A stretch of 64,000 bases of DNA from contig CAJKWD010000002.1 of the NCBI GenBank assembly GCA_905203475.1, positions 1,658 to 65,657 of the forward strand, given 5' to 3'. Shown here piece after piece: positions 63,477 to 64,000 of the stretch (the stretch's first letter is position 1; each line of letters starts with the position of its first letter). A program made the translations under genes and the position numbers. The DNA is from an uncultured Acholeplasmataceae bacterium. Lineage in GTDB: Bacteria; Bacillota_I; Bacilli_A; RF39; UBA660. The notes under the pieces were generated by a model. The model did no database searches, was not told the origin of the DNA, and worked only from the letters and a program-made list of their open reading frames with translations.

Positions 63477-64000
63477 CTAATTTATCTTTTGTTTTAATTT
63501 CCAAATTCTTTCATCTATATCTTTTAACATTTTCTCATATTTTGAGCTGTCTTTTGGATGATAATATTTTTTGTTTTTAATTTTATCAGGTAAATATTGT
63601 TGAACCACATATGCGTTTGGATAGTCATGCGGGTATTTATAATCTGGTGAATTGGTTTTAATATGACTAGGAACATTTCCCGTATCACCAGAACGAATAT
63701 CTTTTAAAGCTTCATCGAGCGCTAAATGACCTGTATTTGATTTAGGTGAAAGTGCTAATTCAATTACGACATCTCCTAAAGGAATTCTTGCTTCGGGTAG
63801 ACCAACTAATTCGGCAGCTTCTATTGCCGCCATTACTTTAGGTCCCATACTAGGATTCGCAAGACCAATATCTTCATAAGCAATTACACTCATTCTTCTG
63901 TAAATGCTATCTAAATCTTCAGCTTCAATTAAACGCGCTAAATAATGGAGAGCGGCATCGACATCACTACCACGAATCGATTTTTGAAAAGCACTTAGAA
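63477..64000 (-). CDS. rarA: Replication-associated recombination protein RarA/MgsA (C-terminal part; 5' end lies beyond the window)
   Basis: The frame is open to the window edge: SAFQKSIRGSDVDAALHYLARLIEAEDLDSIYRRMSVIAYEDIGLANP...YKYPHDY...QQYLP. Confidence 0.9.
   Translation of the reverse strand, partial: LSAFQKSIRGSDVDAALHYLARLIEAEDLDSIYRRMSVIAYEDIGLANPSMGPKVMAAIEAAELVGLPEARIPLGDVVIELALSPKSNTGHLALDEALKDIRSGDTGNVPSHIKTNSPDYKYPHDYPNAYVVQQYLPDKIKNKKYYHPKDSSKYEKMLKDIDERIWKLKQKIN

Noticed and set aside
1-64000. rRNA, tRNA, tmRNA, RNase P or CRISPR arrays
   Set aside because: Reading through all intergenic regions, I saw no cloverleaf-like or rRNA-like conserved segments and no regularly spaced short direct repeats. 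The only structured RNA I can support is the T-box leader.

Overview
This is a low-GC chromosomal segment (roughly 30-33% G+C by eye) from a spore-forming Firmicute. Gene content looks Erysipelotrichia/Clostridia-like, but the taxon cannot be verified without a search. The backbone is conserved housekeeping: a rhodanese / Qnr-like pentapeptide pair, a Bce-like two-component + ABC module, a NodB deacetylase, and the division genes murG, murB, divIB, ftsA and ftsZ. It continues with the sporulation sigma locus (spoIIGA, sigE, sigG, ylmC), lspA-rluD, lexA facing tkt / sirA-like / yneF, murF, tsaC and a spoVB-like gene. Further on are comN-like-secDF-relA-dtd, a T-box-controlled nitroreductase-hisS-aspS operon, gmk, rpsO-pnp, holA, gpsA and rarA. 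Five things stand out. (1) A ~9.7 kb insertion between sigE and ylmC carries a GT-C/PMT-like glycosyltransferase and three mosaic, very large type IV pilin-like genes built from 4-Cys modules; sigG is inverted and bracketed by a 968-bp perfect direct repeat. (2) A sharply GC-rich, adenine-poor ~120-bp patch at the 3' end of a lectin-like secreted-protein gene looks like a DGR variable region, although no TR or RT is in the window. (3) A perfect LexA box sits inside a promoter driving a 48-aa membrane peptide in the yneA/sosA position. (4) A G9-tract uORF plus a terminator-like hairpin forms a leader upstream of a secreted-protein paralog. (5) An orphan promoter-to-terminator unit lies between ftsZ and spoIIGA. 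I recognised no rRNA, tRNA, CRISPR array, transposase or integrase. All functional calls rest on motif recognition by eye and on synteny, not on database searches.
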